This document shows positions 9,222 through 17,075 of a stretch of 64,000 nt of DNA, one piece after another. The stretch lies in sequence record NC_047838.1. The stretch is one strand, 5' to 3'. A model generated the notes under the pieces. That model saw only the letters and a list, made by a program, of their open reading frames with translations. It ran no database searches and was not told the origin of the DNA. Each line of letters opens with the position of its first letter. Positions within the stretch are counted from its first letter, which is position 1. The translations under genes and the position numbers were made by a program.

Positions 9222-10176
9222 CTCCAAGTTTATTGGACTCGTATCTTCACGGTTAGAAAAATTCAAGAGGGTAAAGGCGAATCTGTATAACTTTCGCTGC
9301 CCCATCTGTGGAGACTCTAAGAAGAACAAGAGTAAGACTAGAGGTTATTTGTATGCCGTGAAGGCAAACACTAACTTTAAGTGCCACAACTGTGGTGCTT
9401 CGATGTCACTTAACAACTTCTTGAAAGAAGTGGATCCTGTTATCCATAAGCAATATACTATGGAGAAGTTCAAGCAGGGACATACTGGTAGAAACTTTGT
9501 TACTGAAGAACCTGTCTTCAAGTTTGAGGCACCTAAATTTAAGAAGAAACTGAAACTTCCTAAGGCATCTGAGCATCCTAGATCTGCCGGATATCTAACG
9601 GCACGGAAACTCAATCCCGATGATTTCTACTATGCCAAACACTTTAAGAAGTTTGCCAACAGTCTCAAACCAACCTTTGATAGTGAGGAGCATGATGAAG
9701 AACGCATCATTATTCCTCTTTATTATGAAAAGAACTTAATTGGATTCCAGGGAAGATCCCTAGGTCCGAGCAAGGTTAAATACATTACCGTGATGCTTGA
9801 TGATGACGCACCAAAAATCTACGGATTGGATAACATCAGAAGAGATGCTCCAGTCTACGTTACAGAAGGACCTTTCGACAGCACGTTCATTTGCAACGCG
9901 ATTGCTATGTGCGGAGCTGACGCTGATGTTGGTCGTTGGGGGATTAGCAATCCTGTGTGGATCTATGATAACGAACCACGCAATAGAGAGATCACCAACC
10001 GTATCTCCAAAACAATTGATGCAGGTTACTCTGTAGTTATCTGGCCAAATGGCATAGATGATAAGGACATAAATGATATGGTGATGTCTGGACTGGACGT
10101 GCAGTCTGTGGTAGAATCAAACACTTATAGTGGATTAGAAGCAAAACTTAAATTCAACACTTGGAAGAAGATATGA
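9208..10176 (+). CDS. gp61: T4-like DNA primase
   Basis: Zn finger CPICGDS...CHNCG; TOPRIM VTEGPFDS and YDNEPRN. Confidence 0.96.
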   Translation: MDHIDSKFIGLVSSRLEKFKRVKANLYNFRCPICGDSKKNKSKTRGYLYAVKANTNFKCHNCGASMSLNNFLKEVDPVIHKQYTMEKFKQGHTGRNFVTEEPVFKFEAPKFKKKLKLPKASEHPRSAGYLTARKLNPDDFYYAKHFKKFANSLKPTFDSEEHDEERIIIPLYYEKNLIGFQGRSLGPSKVKYITVMLDDDAPKIYGLDNIRRDAPVYVTEGPFDSTFICNAIAMCGADADVGRWGISNPVWIYDNEPRNREITNRISKTIDAGYSVVIWPNGIDDKDINDMVMSGLDVQSVVESNTYSGLEAKLKFNTWKKI

Positions 10177-12470
10177 GTAACGGTATTAAAGTTCAGAAGA
10201 GAGATGGGCGAATTGAGTCTCTTGACCTAGACAAGATGCATTTGATGGTTGACGAGGCAACCAAGGGTCTTGCAGGGGTGTCTGCGAGTCAAGTTGAGAT
10301 GAAGTCGGGTATCCAGTTTTATGATGGCATCACCACCGCAGAGATTCAAGAAATTCTGATTAAGGCAGCAAGTGATCTGATTGATTTAGATCACCCGAAC
10401 TATCAGTTTGTAGCAGCACGTCTGCTTCTCTTTAGTCTCCGTAAGAGTCTCTACGGAAAGATGAGAGAACTTCCTCATCTTGAGAATCACATCTATAGTT
10501 GTACAAATATTGATGTGTATGACAAAGAGATCTTCGTCAAGTATTCAAAGGAAGAGATTGATAAGGCAAACGGATATATTGATCATCACCGTGATTTCTT
10601 GTTCACCTATGCTGGTTTGAGGCAGGTTGCGGATAAATACCTAGTACAGGACAGGAGCAGTGGCGGAGTCTATGAGACTCCTCAGTTCATGTACATGATG
10701 ATTGCTCTCACTATCTTCCAAGAATATCCTAAAGACACTAGGATGTCTTACGTTAAGAGGTACTATGACGCAATCTCCAGACACCGACTCAACATTCCCA
10801 CACCTATCATGGCAGGAGTGCGAACTCCACTTCGACAGTTTGCTAGCTGTGTTCTTGTTGATGTTGATGACACCCTCGATTCTATCTTTAGCTCTGATAT
10901 GGCAATTGGCCGCTACGTTGCACAAAGGGCGGGAATCGGTATCAACGCAGGTAGAATCCGTGGCATCAACAGTAAAATCAGAGGTGGAGAAGTCCAGCAC
11001 ACTGGCGTTGTTCCGTTTCTCAAAAAATTTGAATCGACTGTCAGATGCTGTACGCAAAATGGCATCAGAGGTGGATCAGCTACGGTTCACTTTCCAATCT
11101 GGCACCAAGAAATCGAAGACATCATCGTACTCAAGAACAACAAAGGAACCGAAGACAACCGCGTAAGAAAACTTGACTACTCTATCCAGATTACAAAACT
11201 TTTCTACGAACGTTTCATCCAAGATGCGGAGATTAGCTTATTCTCACCGCATGACACGCCGGGTCTCTATGATGCTTTTGGGACTGATCGTTTTGACGAC
11301 TTATATGTTAGTTACGAACGAGATGAGTCTATTCCTAGAAAAACTATCGGGGCACAAAAATTGATCCTTGATCTTCTCAAGGAGAGAGCAGAGACTGGTC
11401 GAATCTATATCATGAACCTTGACCACTGCAATACTCACTCTTCCTTCAAAGACAAGGTAGAGATGTCTAATCTTTGTCAAGAAATTACTCTGCCAACTTA
11501 TCCTCTTCAGCATATTGATGATGAGTTTGGTGAGATTGCTCTGTGTATTCTGTCTGCCATCAACGTTGGTAAGGTCAAGTCTGATGAGGAGTTGGAAGAT
11601 CTCTGTGATCTTTCTGTACGTTCCCTTGATGAATTGATTGATTATCAGGAGTATCCAGTCAAGGCAGCAGAGGTCGCTACAAAGGCACGTAGGTCCCTTG
11701 GAATTGGTTTTATTGGTTTGGCACACTATCTTGCTAAACTTGGATTTAAATATGGATCTCAAGAGGCATGGGATGCTGTTCATGGTCTCTCAGAATCATT
11801 CCAATTCTACCTCCTTAAGTCATCAAACAAACTTGCTCAGGAGAAAGGACACTGCTCTAACTTTGGTCGCACTAAGTATGCAGATGGTATCCTGCCGATT
11901 GATACATACAAGAAGGATGTAGATGAAATCAGCACTCAGGAGTATCAGCATGATTGGGAGTCTCTTAGAGCATCTATCTTGGAGACAGGACTGCGACACA
12001 GCACTCTGTCCGCACAAATGCCTTCAGAGAGTAGTTCCGTTGTGTCAAACGCAACCAACGGAATCGAACCACCGCGTGGATTTTTGTCCATTAAGAAATC
12101 AAAGAAAGGACCTCTTAAGCAGGTTGTTCCGTCTTATACAACGTTGAAAAATAACTACACACTTTTGTGGGACATGCCTGATAACACAGGTTACATAAAT
12201 GTGGTGGCAGTTATGCAAAAATTCTTTGATCAAGCCATATCTGGTAACTGGTCGTATAATCCCGAACACTTTGATGATAATGAGGTCCCTGTTTCTGTGA
12301 TGGCAAATGATCTGCTGACTACATATAAGTATGGTTGGAAGACTTCATACTATCAAAATACAAATGACCTCAAGAGTGATGAGGTTGAGGAGGAGAAGTC
12401 TGACTTAAATAATCTGTTAAACGAATTAGAACAAGCCGAGGAGGGAGAGTGTGAATCCTGTGCAGTTTAA
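10173..12470 (+). CDS. nrdA: class Ia ribonucleotide reductase alpha subunit
   Basis: ATP cone, PTPIMAG, SCVL, SNLCQEI, C-terminal CESC; uninterrupted. Confidence 0.98.
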   Translation: MSNGIKVQKRDGRIESLDLDKMHLMVDEATKGLAGVSASQVEMKSGIQFYDGITTAEIQEILIKAASDLIDLDHPNYQFVAARLLLFSLRKSLYGKMRELPHLENHIYSCTNIDVYDKEIFVKYSKEEIDKANGYIDHHRDFLFTYAGLRQVADKYLVQDRSSGGVYETPQFMYMMIALTIFQEYPKDTRMSYVKRYYDAISRHRLNIPTPIMAGVRTPLRQFASCVLVDVDDTLDSIFSSDMAIGRYVAQRAGIGINAGRIRGINSKIRGGEVQHTGVVPFLKKFESTVRCCTQNGIRGGSATVHFPIWHQEIEDIIVLKNNKGTEDNRVRKLDYSIQITKLFYERFIQDAEISLFSPHDTPGLYDAFGTDRFDDLYVSYERDESIPRKTIGAQKLILDLLKERAETGRIYIMNLDHCNTHSSFKDKVEMSNLCQEITLPTYPLQHIDDEFGEIALCILSAINVGKVKSDEELEDLCDLSVRSLDELIDYQEYPVKAAEVATKARRSLGIGFIGLAHYLAKLGFKYGSQEAWDAVHGLSESFQFYLLKSSNKLAQEKGHCSNFGRTKYADGILPIDTYKKDVDEISTQEYQHDWESLRASILETGLRHSTLSAQMPSESSSVVSNATNGIEPPRGFLSIKKSKKGPLKQVVPSYTTLKNNYTLLWDMPDNTGYINVVAVMQKFFDQAISGNWSYNPEHFDDNEVPVSVMANDLLTTYKYGWKTSYYQNTNDLKSDEVEEEKSDLNNLLNELEQAEEGECESCAV

Positions 12471-13641
12471 GGTGTCGTCAGTGGAAGATGTGAAAACTAA
12501 AGTTAAAGGCATGACTGTCTTTAACACCGAACAAGTTAATACTAAAAAGCAACCGATGTTCTTCGGTAAACCTCTGGGAGTCCAGAGATACGATTCATAC
12601 AAATACCCAGTATTCGATAAACTTACAACGCAACAATTAGGATACTTCTGGAGACCAGAAGAAGTTTCACTACAGAAAGACCGTGGGGATTATCAAACAC
12701 TTCGCCCAGAACAAAAGCATATCTATACCTCTAACCTCAAGTACCAGATTATGCTTGACTCCATTCAAGGGCGTGGTCCTGGGATGGCTTTTATTCCTTA
12801 CTGTAGCTTACCTGAACTAGAGGCATGTATGGAGGTCTGGGGATTCATGGAGATGATCCATAGTCGCTCCTACACATACATTATCAAGAACATCTACAGC
12901 GACCCCTCAGAGGTCTTTGATAAGATTGTCACCGATGACCGTATCCTAGAGCGTGCTAGCAGCGTCACACAGGGGTATGACGACTTTATTCAGAGTGCTC
13001 ATCAATATGATGGTAGCACCATGTGGGAACTTGCCACGGAGGGACATATTGGAGGTCAATATGATCGCCGTGAGGTGAAGCGTAAACTTTATAGAGCAGT
13101 TGCAAATGTCAACATCCTGGAAGGAATACGGTTTTATGTTTCTTTTGCTTGCAGTTTTGCTTTTGGTGAACTTAAACTCATGGAGGGTTCTGCAAAAATT
13201 ATCTCCCTTATTGCTAGAGATGAGAATCAACACCTCGCCATCACCCAAAACATTCTGAACAAGTGGAGATCAGGTGATGATCCTGAGATGAAGCAGATCA
13301 TGAAAGAAGAGGAGGAGTGGACTCTCAAAGCATTTGATAATGCAGTCAACGAAGAGAAACGTTGGGCAGACTATCTGTTCAGAGATGGATCGATGATTGG
13401 TTTGAATGACAAGTTGCTTCAGCAATATGTTGAGTGGATTGCTAATCGTCGTCTGAAAGCGATTGGTCTGAAACCACAGTATGATATTGCAGCAAGTAAC
13501 AACCCTCTGCCCTGGACGCAGCATTGGATCTCTTCTAAGGGTCTTCAGGTAGCACCACAGGAGACTGAGGTAGAGTCCTACGTTGTCGGTGGTATCAAGC
13601 AAGATGTGAAAAAGGACACATTTAGTGGTTTTAAGCTCTGA
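12451..13641 (+). CDS. nrdB: class Ia ribonucleotide reductase beta subunit
   Basis: FWRPEEV, EMIHSRSY, LEGIRFY, DENQH, PQETEVESY. Confidence 0.98.
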   Translation: MNPVQFKVSSVEDVKTKVKGMTVFNTEQVNTKKQPMFFGKPLGVQRYDSYKYPVFDKLTTQQLGYFWRPEEVSLQKDRGDYQTLRPEQKHIYTSNLKYQIMLDSIQGRGPGMAFIPYCSLPELEACMEVWGFMEMIHSRSYTYIIKNIYSDPSEVFDKIVTDDRILERASSVTQGYDDFIQSAHQYDGSTMWELATEGHIGGQYDRREVKRKLYRAVANVNILEGIRFYVSFACSFAFGELKLMEGSAKIISLIARDENQHLAITQNILNKWRSGDDPEMKQIMKEEEEWTLKAFDNAVNEEKRWADYLFRDGSMIGLNDKLLQQYVEWIANRRLKAIGLKPQYDIAASNNPLPWTQHWISSKGLQVAPQETEVESYVVGGIKQDVKKDTFSGFKL

Positions 13642-13679
13642 TTGTTGCTTAAATAGGGAGGAGTGATTCTCCTCCCATC

Positions 13680-13835
13680 GTGCCTAGAAATATGTTGACT
13701 AAAGACGAGATCAAGGTTAGAGTCTTGAAGTTGAAAAACGAATTGATTCATGAACAAGAACCTGTGATGTACAAAGATCTTGCTCATAAATACCTCAATA
13801 AGGTATTAGACATTCTGGATGAGTATCGAAGTTGA
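13680..13835 (+). CDS. small hypothetical protein (51 aa, not in ORF track)
   Basis: GTG start; MPRNMLTKDEIKVRVLKLKNE...; follows TTAAATA at 13649. Confidence 0.55.
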   Translation: MPRNMLTKDEIKVRVLKLKNELIHEQEPVMYKDLAHKYLNKVLDILDEYRS

Positions 13836-14262
13836 TTATGAAAACCCCTGGATATTTGAAGGAACCCCTTTTTTATCTGAGAATATTGACGATAACTTCG
13901 GTTTTGTCTATCTCATTACAAATCTCACAAACAATCGCCAGTACATCGGTAGAAAATACTTTTGGAAGTTCCGAACTCCAAAAGGTAAAAAACGAAAAGT
14001 AAAATCCGAATCTGATTGGAAAAACTATTATGGGTCTTGTCCAGAACTTAAAGAAGACATTGAACGAATGGGGCGACAGAATTTTAGTCGCACTATCCTC
14101 TCAGTACATAAAACATCTGGCAAAACAAACTTTGAAGAAACAAGACAACTCTTCGTCAACGGGGTACTCACCGAGACCCTTGACAGCGGAGTCCCAAGAT
14201 ACTACAATGGAAACATCCTCAACAGATATTTCCGAAAAGACTACTATGAAGGAGACGGTTGA
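13819..14262 (+). CDS. GIY-YIG endonuclease
   Basis: GFVYLITNLTNNRQYIGRK motif; late E and YYNGNI Asn. Confidence 0.85.
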   Translation: MSIEVDYENPWIFEGTPFLSENIDDNFGFVYLITNLTNNRQYIGRKYFWKFRTPKGKKRKVKSESDWKNYYGSCPELKEDIERMGRQNFSRTILSVHKTSGKTNFEETRQLFVNGVLTETLDSGVPRYYNGNILNRYFRKDYYEGDG

Positions 14263-14473
14263 CATCGTTAATCACATTCGTGAATGGGCAGTTGATCAAG
14301 TAGAATCTAAGGATGACTTTGATGAAATTGCAGATAGGTTTGCACTCATCGAAGAATACAAGGAATGGTTCAACCTTGAAGACGACCTTGAAATTGTAAG
14401 TCTTGACCAAATCAAAGAAGACGAGTATAATGACTTTGTTGATTACATGAATGACGGCATGGAACGCGGTTGA
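14246..14473 (+). CDS. acidic hypothetical protein
   Basis: Start moved to ATG 14246 (MKETVDIVNHIREWA). Confidence 0.6.
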   Translation: MKETVDIVNHIREWAVDQVESKDDFDEIADRFALIEEYKEWFNLEDDLEIVSLDQIKEDEYNDFVDYMNDGMERG

Positions 14474-14482
14474 TTCTTATTT

Positions 14483-14556
<74 letters not shown>

Positions 14557-14608
14557 CTGGGCATCAGGAGAGACCACCACCACCTCCTCTCCTGTGTAAG
14601 ACCCGCTT

Positions 14609-14679
14609 GCGAGTGTGGTGTAGCGGTAACATGCGAGCCTTCCAAGCTCTTGTCACGGGTTCGATCCCCGTCACTCGCT
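14609..14679 (+). tRNA. tRNA-Gly(UCC)
   Basis: GCGAGTG/CACTCGC acceptor; loop CTTCCAA; TTCGATC T-loop. Confidence 0.95.
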
Positions 14680-14805
14680 TAACGGATTAGCGACATCCGT
14701 GCTCACATCTCCGAGAGAAAAAAGAATCGGAACAACAACCCATGTGAGAGAGGGGTGGGATCCCCCTTGGTGCTACCGCTGCTGACGAGTAGCGGTTATT
14801 CTCAA
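14680..14805 (+). ncRNA. candidate structured ncRNA (four hairpins) between tRNA-Gly and tRNA-Asn
   Basis: ACGGAT/ATCCGT, CTCACAT/ATGTGAG with inner TCCGA/TCGGA, AGGGG/CCCCT, ACCGCTGCT/AGTAGCGGT. Confidence 0.45.
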
Positions 14806-14878
14806 TCCTCTATAGCTCAGTTGGTAGAGCAGGTGACTGTTAATCACCCTGTCCCTGGTTCGAGTCCAGGTGGAGGAG
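14806..14878 (+). tRNA. tRNA-Asn(GUU)
   Basis: TCCTCTA/TGGAGGA acceptor; GGTGA-CTGTTAA-TCACC. Confidence 0.96.
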
Positions 14879-14881
14879 TAC

Positions 14882-14953
14882 GGGAGTTTGGCGCAGCGGT
14901 AGCGCATCTGCTTTACACGCAGCTGGTCACTGGTTCGATCCCAGTAACTCCCA
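14882..14953 (+). tRNA. tRNA-Val(UAC)
   Basis: GGGAGTT/AACTCCC acceptor; loop TTTACAC. Confidence 0.94.
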
Positions 14954-14977
14954 TTCCCTCTAAGAGGTCTATGAAAA

Positions 14978-15226
14978 ATGATTACCGTAAGATGCAAAGA
15001 ATGTGGAAAGGAATTGACTTCCACTAGTAAGGTTCAATTCTGTGGTTGCCCCAACCAAGTAAGAGTTGTGGACAACAAAGTTGGTGCTGTTGACTTGGAT
15101 AAAGTCGTAATGGTATCTAACAACGTAGAGAATAAGATTAACAGTCATTTCTCTAGATCAGAACTCCTCTATCAAGAGGAGAGACGTAGGCGCAAAGTTC
15201 GTAGACTGGACTTTGAAGTCAAATAA
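14978..15226 (+). CDS. small Zn-binding hypothetical protein
   Basis: CKEC...CGC motif. Confidence 0.7.
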   Translation: MITVRCKECGKELTSTSKVQFCGCPNQVRVVDNKVGAVDLDKVVMVSNNVENKINSHFSRSELLYQEERRRRKVRRLDFEVK

Positions 15227-15313
15227 GGAAGAGTGGTCGAGTGGTTTATGGCACTGGTCTTGAAAACCAGCGAGGGTGCAAGTCCTCCGTGGGTTCAAAT
15301 CCCACCTCTTCCG
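15227..15313 (+). tRNA. tRNA-Ser(UGA)
   Basis: GGAAGAG/CTCTTCC acceptor; CTGGT-CTTGAAA-ACCAG; long variable arm. Confidence 0.96.
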
Positions 15314-15389
15314 TTATAATTTCCTAATATTTAATATTTTTGTAACAGTCTGATACACTAGATAGGTTGTAGGCAATCTTTCTACCACC

Positions 15390-15545
15390 ATGCATCCCGA
15401 CGAGTTACAAAACTGGCAGATTATCAAAGAGAAATTTGAGGAAAACGGCACAACAGACAACTACTTTTACAAGCGAGCTTGTGCTATAGTAAGCGGGCAA
15501 CCGGACCCGATGAGTAATTTACCAAATGTCTCACAGGATGGATGA
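15390..15545 (+). CDS. small hypothetical protein (51 aa, not in ORF track)
   Basis: MHPDELQNWQIIKEKFEENG...YFYKRACAIVSG. Confidence 0.55.
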   Translation: MHPDELQNWQIIKEKFEENGTTDNYFYKRACAIVSGQPDPMSNLPNVSQDG

Positions 15546-15708
15546 GATCAAACCTGAGCACTACCTTACTAAAAAAGAGTGCCAGGAGATGATCGACAAA
15601 GCAATTGACAAACACAATAAAACTGCTACAGTTATAAGTGCCATCCTCGGCGGTATCCTCCTTGCGTTTTATTCGCATGGTGTGCTATCATTAGTAGGTC
15701 GAGTGTAG
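15526..15708 (+). CDS. small membrane protein
   Basis: ECQEMIDKAIDKHN followed by one hydrophobic segment. Confidence 0.65.
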   Translation: MSHRMDEIKPEHYLTKKECQEMIDKAIDKHNKTATVISAILGGILLAFYSHGVLSLVGRV

Positions 15709-15759
15709 GCTGCGGTAACCCCCTTGGTAGTTCAGGGTTAGCGGCGACAGGAACTACCA
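15709..15759 (+). ncRNA. candidate H-type pseudoknot directly 5' of tRNA-Pro
   Basis: Stem GCTGC-TAACCC/GGGTTA-GCGGC; loop TGGTAGTTC (15725-15733) perfectly complementary to GAACTACCA (15751-15759). Confidence 0.55.
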
Positions 15760-15762
15760 CCA

Positions 15763-15836
15763 CGGGGTGTAGCTCAGTTTGGTAGAGCACTCGCTTTGGG
15801 AGCGAGTGGCCGAAGGTTCAAATCCTTTCACCCCGA
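15763..15836 (+). tRNA. tRNA-Pro(UGG)
   Basis: CGGGGTG/CACCCCG acceptor; CTCGC-TTTGGGA-GCGAG. Confidence 0.96.
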
Positions 15837-15857
15837 TTGCTTATACATAATGGCAAG

Positions 15858-16028
15858 ATGCAATTTTTTTCTGTGGAATACTGGCAGGAGAACTGGGAAA
15901 CTCTCATGGAGAGAGTGGAGAATGGGGAAACAATTGGTGTAGAGAATGAGAACGGAGATAGAGCAGTAATGGTTCCAGCGGATGATGAAATCATACGCTT
16001 ATACACAGATCACGAAGAAGGATCGTAG
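15858..16028 (+). CDS. small acidic protein resembling the Phd/YefM antitoxin N-domain
   Basis: NWETLMERVENGETIGV...AVMVP; start at ATG 15858. Confidence 0.5.
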   Translation: MQFFSVEYWQENWETLMERVENGETIGVENENGDRAVMVPADDEIIRLYTDHEEGS

Positions 16029-16101
16029 GGGGGTTTAGCAATCTGGTGAATGCAGCAAACTCATAATTTGCCTAAGGTGAGTTCGATCCTCACAACCCCT
16101 A
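16029..16101 (+). tRNA. tRNA with CAU anticodon (elongator Met or Ile2)
   Basis: GGGGGTT/AACCCCT acceptor; GCAAA-CTCATAA-TTTGC lacks the initiator 3 G:C pairs. Confidence 0.88.
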
Positions 16102-16130
16102 TTGACGGTTCTCCGTCATTCCCTTATAAT
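16102..16130 (+). promoter_or_regulatory. sigma70-type early promoter
   Basis: TTGACG-17 nt-TATAAT. Confidence 0.8.
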
Positions 16131-16152
16131 ACTAAGGTCAACAAGCAAGAAA

Positions 16153-16365
16153 ATGACACTGACTAGTAAGTTCAAGAAAGACATTCAAACCCTCCGTGGT
16201 GCTGTAAACGGTGAGTTTTTCCTTGATGTGAAGAATCCGAAACTTCTCAAAAAGGTTCGTCGTTATTATGAGAATAACGGAGTTGTATTTTCTGGCGATG
16301 CTCTTGACGACTATGATATTCTAATGGAGCAAATCGCAATTGATCTTGAAGCAGTAGAGGCATGA
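16153..16365 (+). CDS. hypothetical protein
   Basis: Start moved to ATG 16153, downstream of the promoter. Confidence 0.7.
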   Translation: MTLTSKFKKDIQTLRGAVNGEFFLDVKNPKLLKKVRRYYENNGVVFSGDALDDYDILMEQIAIDLEAVEA

Positions 16366-16595
16366 AAATTCTTCTAGAGCGTTTCCCTTATCGTTATGTT
16401 GAGTCTGGCACACTTGAAAATGGTATGCCAGACTATCGCATTCAAAAAGCACATGAGTATACCAAGCGATACTCTGACATGTATCTTCTTGACAATCAGA
16501 TGCAACTTCTGACTGCCATGGATGATTTTGAATACACCAAATGGTTGGACCCTGCAGGTGTTCCTTGCTACATCAAAGACTCGGTAAGTCGTTAA
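16362..16595 (+). CDS. hypothetical protein
   Basis: ATGA-coupled 77 aa ORF. Confidence 0.7.
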   Translation: MKILLERFPYRYVESGTLENGMPDYRIQKAHEYTKRYSDMYLLDNQMQLLTAMDDFEYTKWLDPAGVPCYIKDSVSR

Positions 16596-16667
16596 ACTAG
16601 CCCTGGTCGGGATACCCCCAAGTCACGGATGGACTATAACAGAACTGGTGGAGTCATTAGACCCTCT
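16596..16667 (+). ncRNA. candidate structured RNA, possibly the 5' part of a manA-class motif
   Basis: GGG-ATA-CCC, AGTC/GACT and GTC/GAC hairpins plus a TGGTG motif; resemblance to manA is from memory only. Confidence 0.35.
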
Positions 16668-16672
16668 AAAAA

Positions 16673-16679
16673 CTAAATA
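16673..16679 (+). promoter_or_regulatory. late promoter candidate CTAAATA
   Basis: 25 nt before the ATG at 16705. Confidence 0.6.
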
Positions 16680-16704
16680 ATACAAGAGTAAATTCTTTAG
16701 TAAA

Positions 16705-16905
16705 ATGGCAACAAAAGGAACGGCAGCAAAGTCTGCAAGTGGTGCATCGATGTCTAAGTATGATGTCGAAGTAGAGGCACGACTTAATCAAATTGAAGCG
16801 AGACTCGCAGAGATGGAAGTTAAACTTTATGAAGGTTCTGACGACTCTGTGAAAGCACAGTTGGAAGATCTTATTAAAAGACTACAGCGCAAAATGAGTT
16901 TCTGA
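16705..16905 (+). CDS. small coiled-coil hypothetical protein
   Basis: MATKGTAAKSASGASMSKYDVEVEARL. Confidence 0.7.
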   Translation: MATKGTAAKSASGASMSKYDVEVEARLNQIEARLAEMEVKLYEGSDDSVKAQLEDLIKRLQRKMSF

Positions 16906-17000
16906 TGGTTTCTTGCTTTACCTAAGAGCAAGTGGTGCGGATGGAGGTAACACTCCCGCCCTGTTTCTTGCTTCAGGTTAAAGAGCAAGTGGCGTGCATG
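16906..17000 (+). ncRNA. wcaG-class RNA motif
   Basis: Two repeats of GTTTCTTGCTT..AAGAGCAAG-TGGYG flanking a GCGG..GGAG/CTCC-CGC hairpin; upstream of a nucleotide-sugar epimerase, the known wcaG RNA context. Confidence 0.7.
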
Positions 17001-17012
17001 AAAGACCTTACG

Positions 17013-17041
17013 AGGGGTGGTTGTGTAAACCGCCCCTTTTT
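17013..17041 (+). terminator. intrinsic terminator, overlapped by a possible TTGTGT-17-TATGAT promoter (17021-17049)
   Basis: AGGGGTGGTT/AACCGCCCCT stem followed by a short T run. Confidence 0.55.
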
Positions 17042-17075
17042 GCTATGATATATAAGGAGGAAAATTACTATTATT

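Noticed and set aside
10173-13641. Introns or inteins in nrdA/nrdB (also checked psbA, psbD, thyX, gp41)
   Set aside because: All are continuous ORFs of normal length
15341-15357. NtcA-like TGTA...TACA after tRNA-Ser
   Set aside because: Spacer is 9 nt, not 8
16908-16994. Direct repeat as a mini-CRISPR or IS end
   Set aside because: Only two copies, each self-folding with TGGYG; better explained as a wcaG-class RNA
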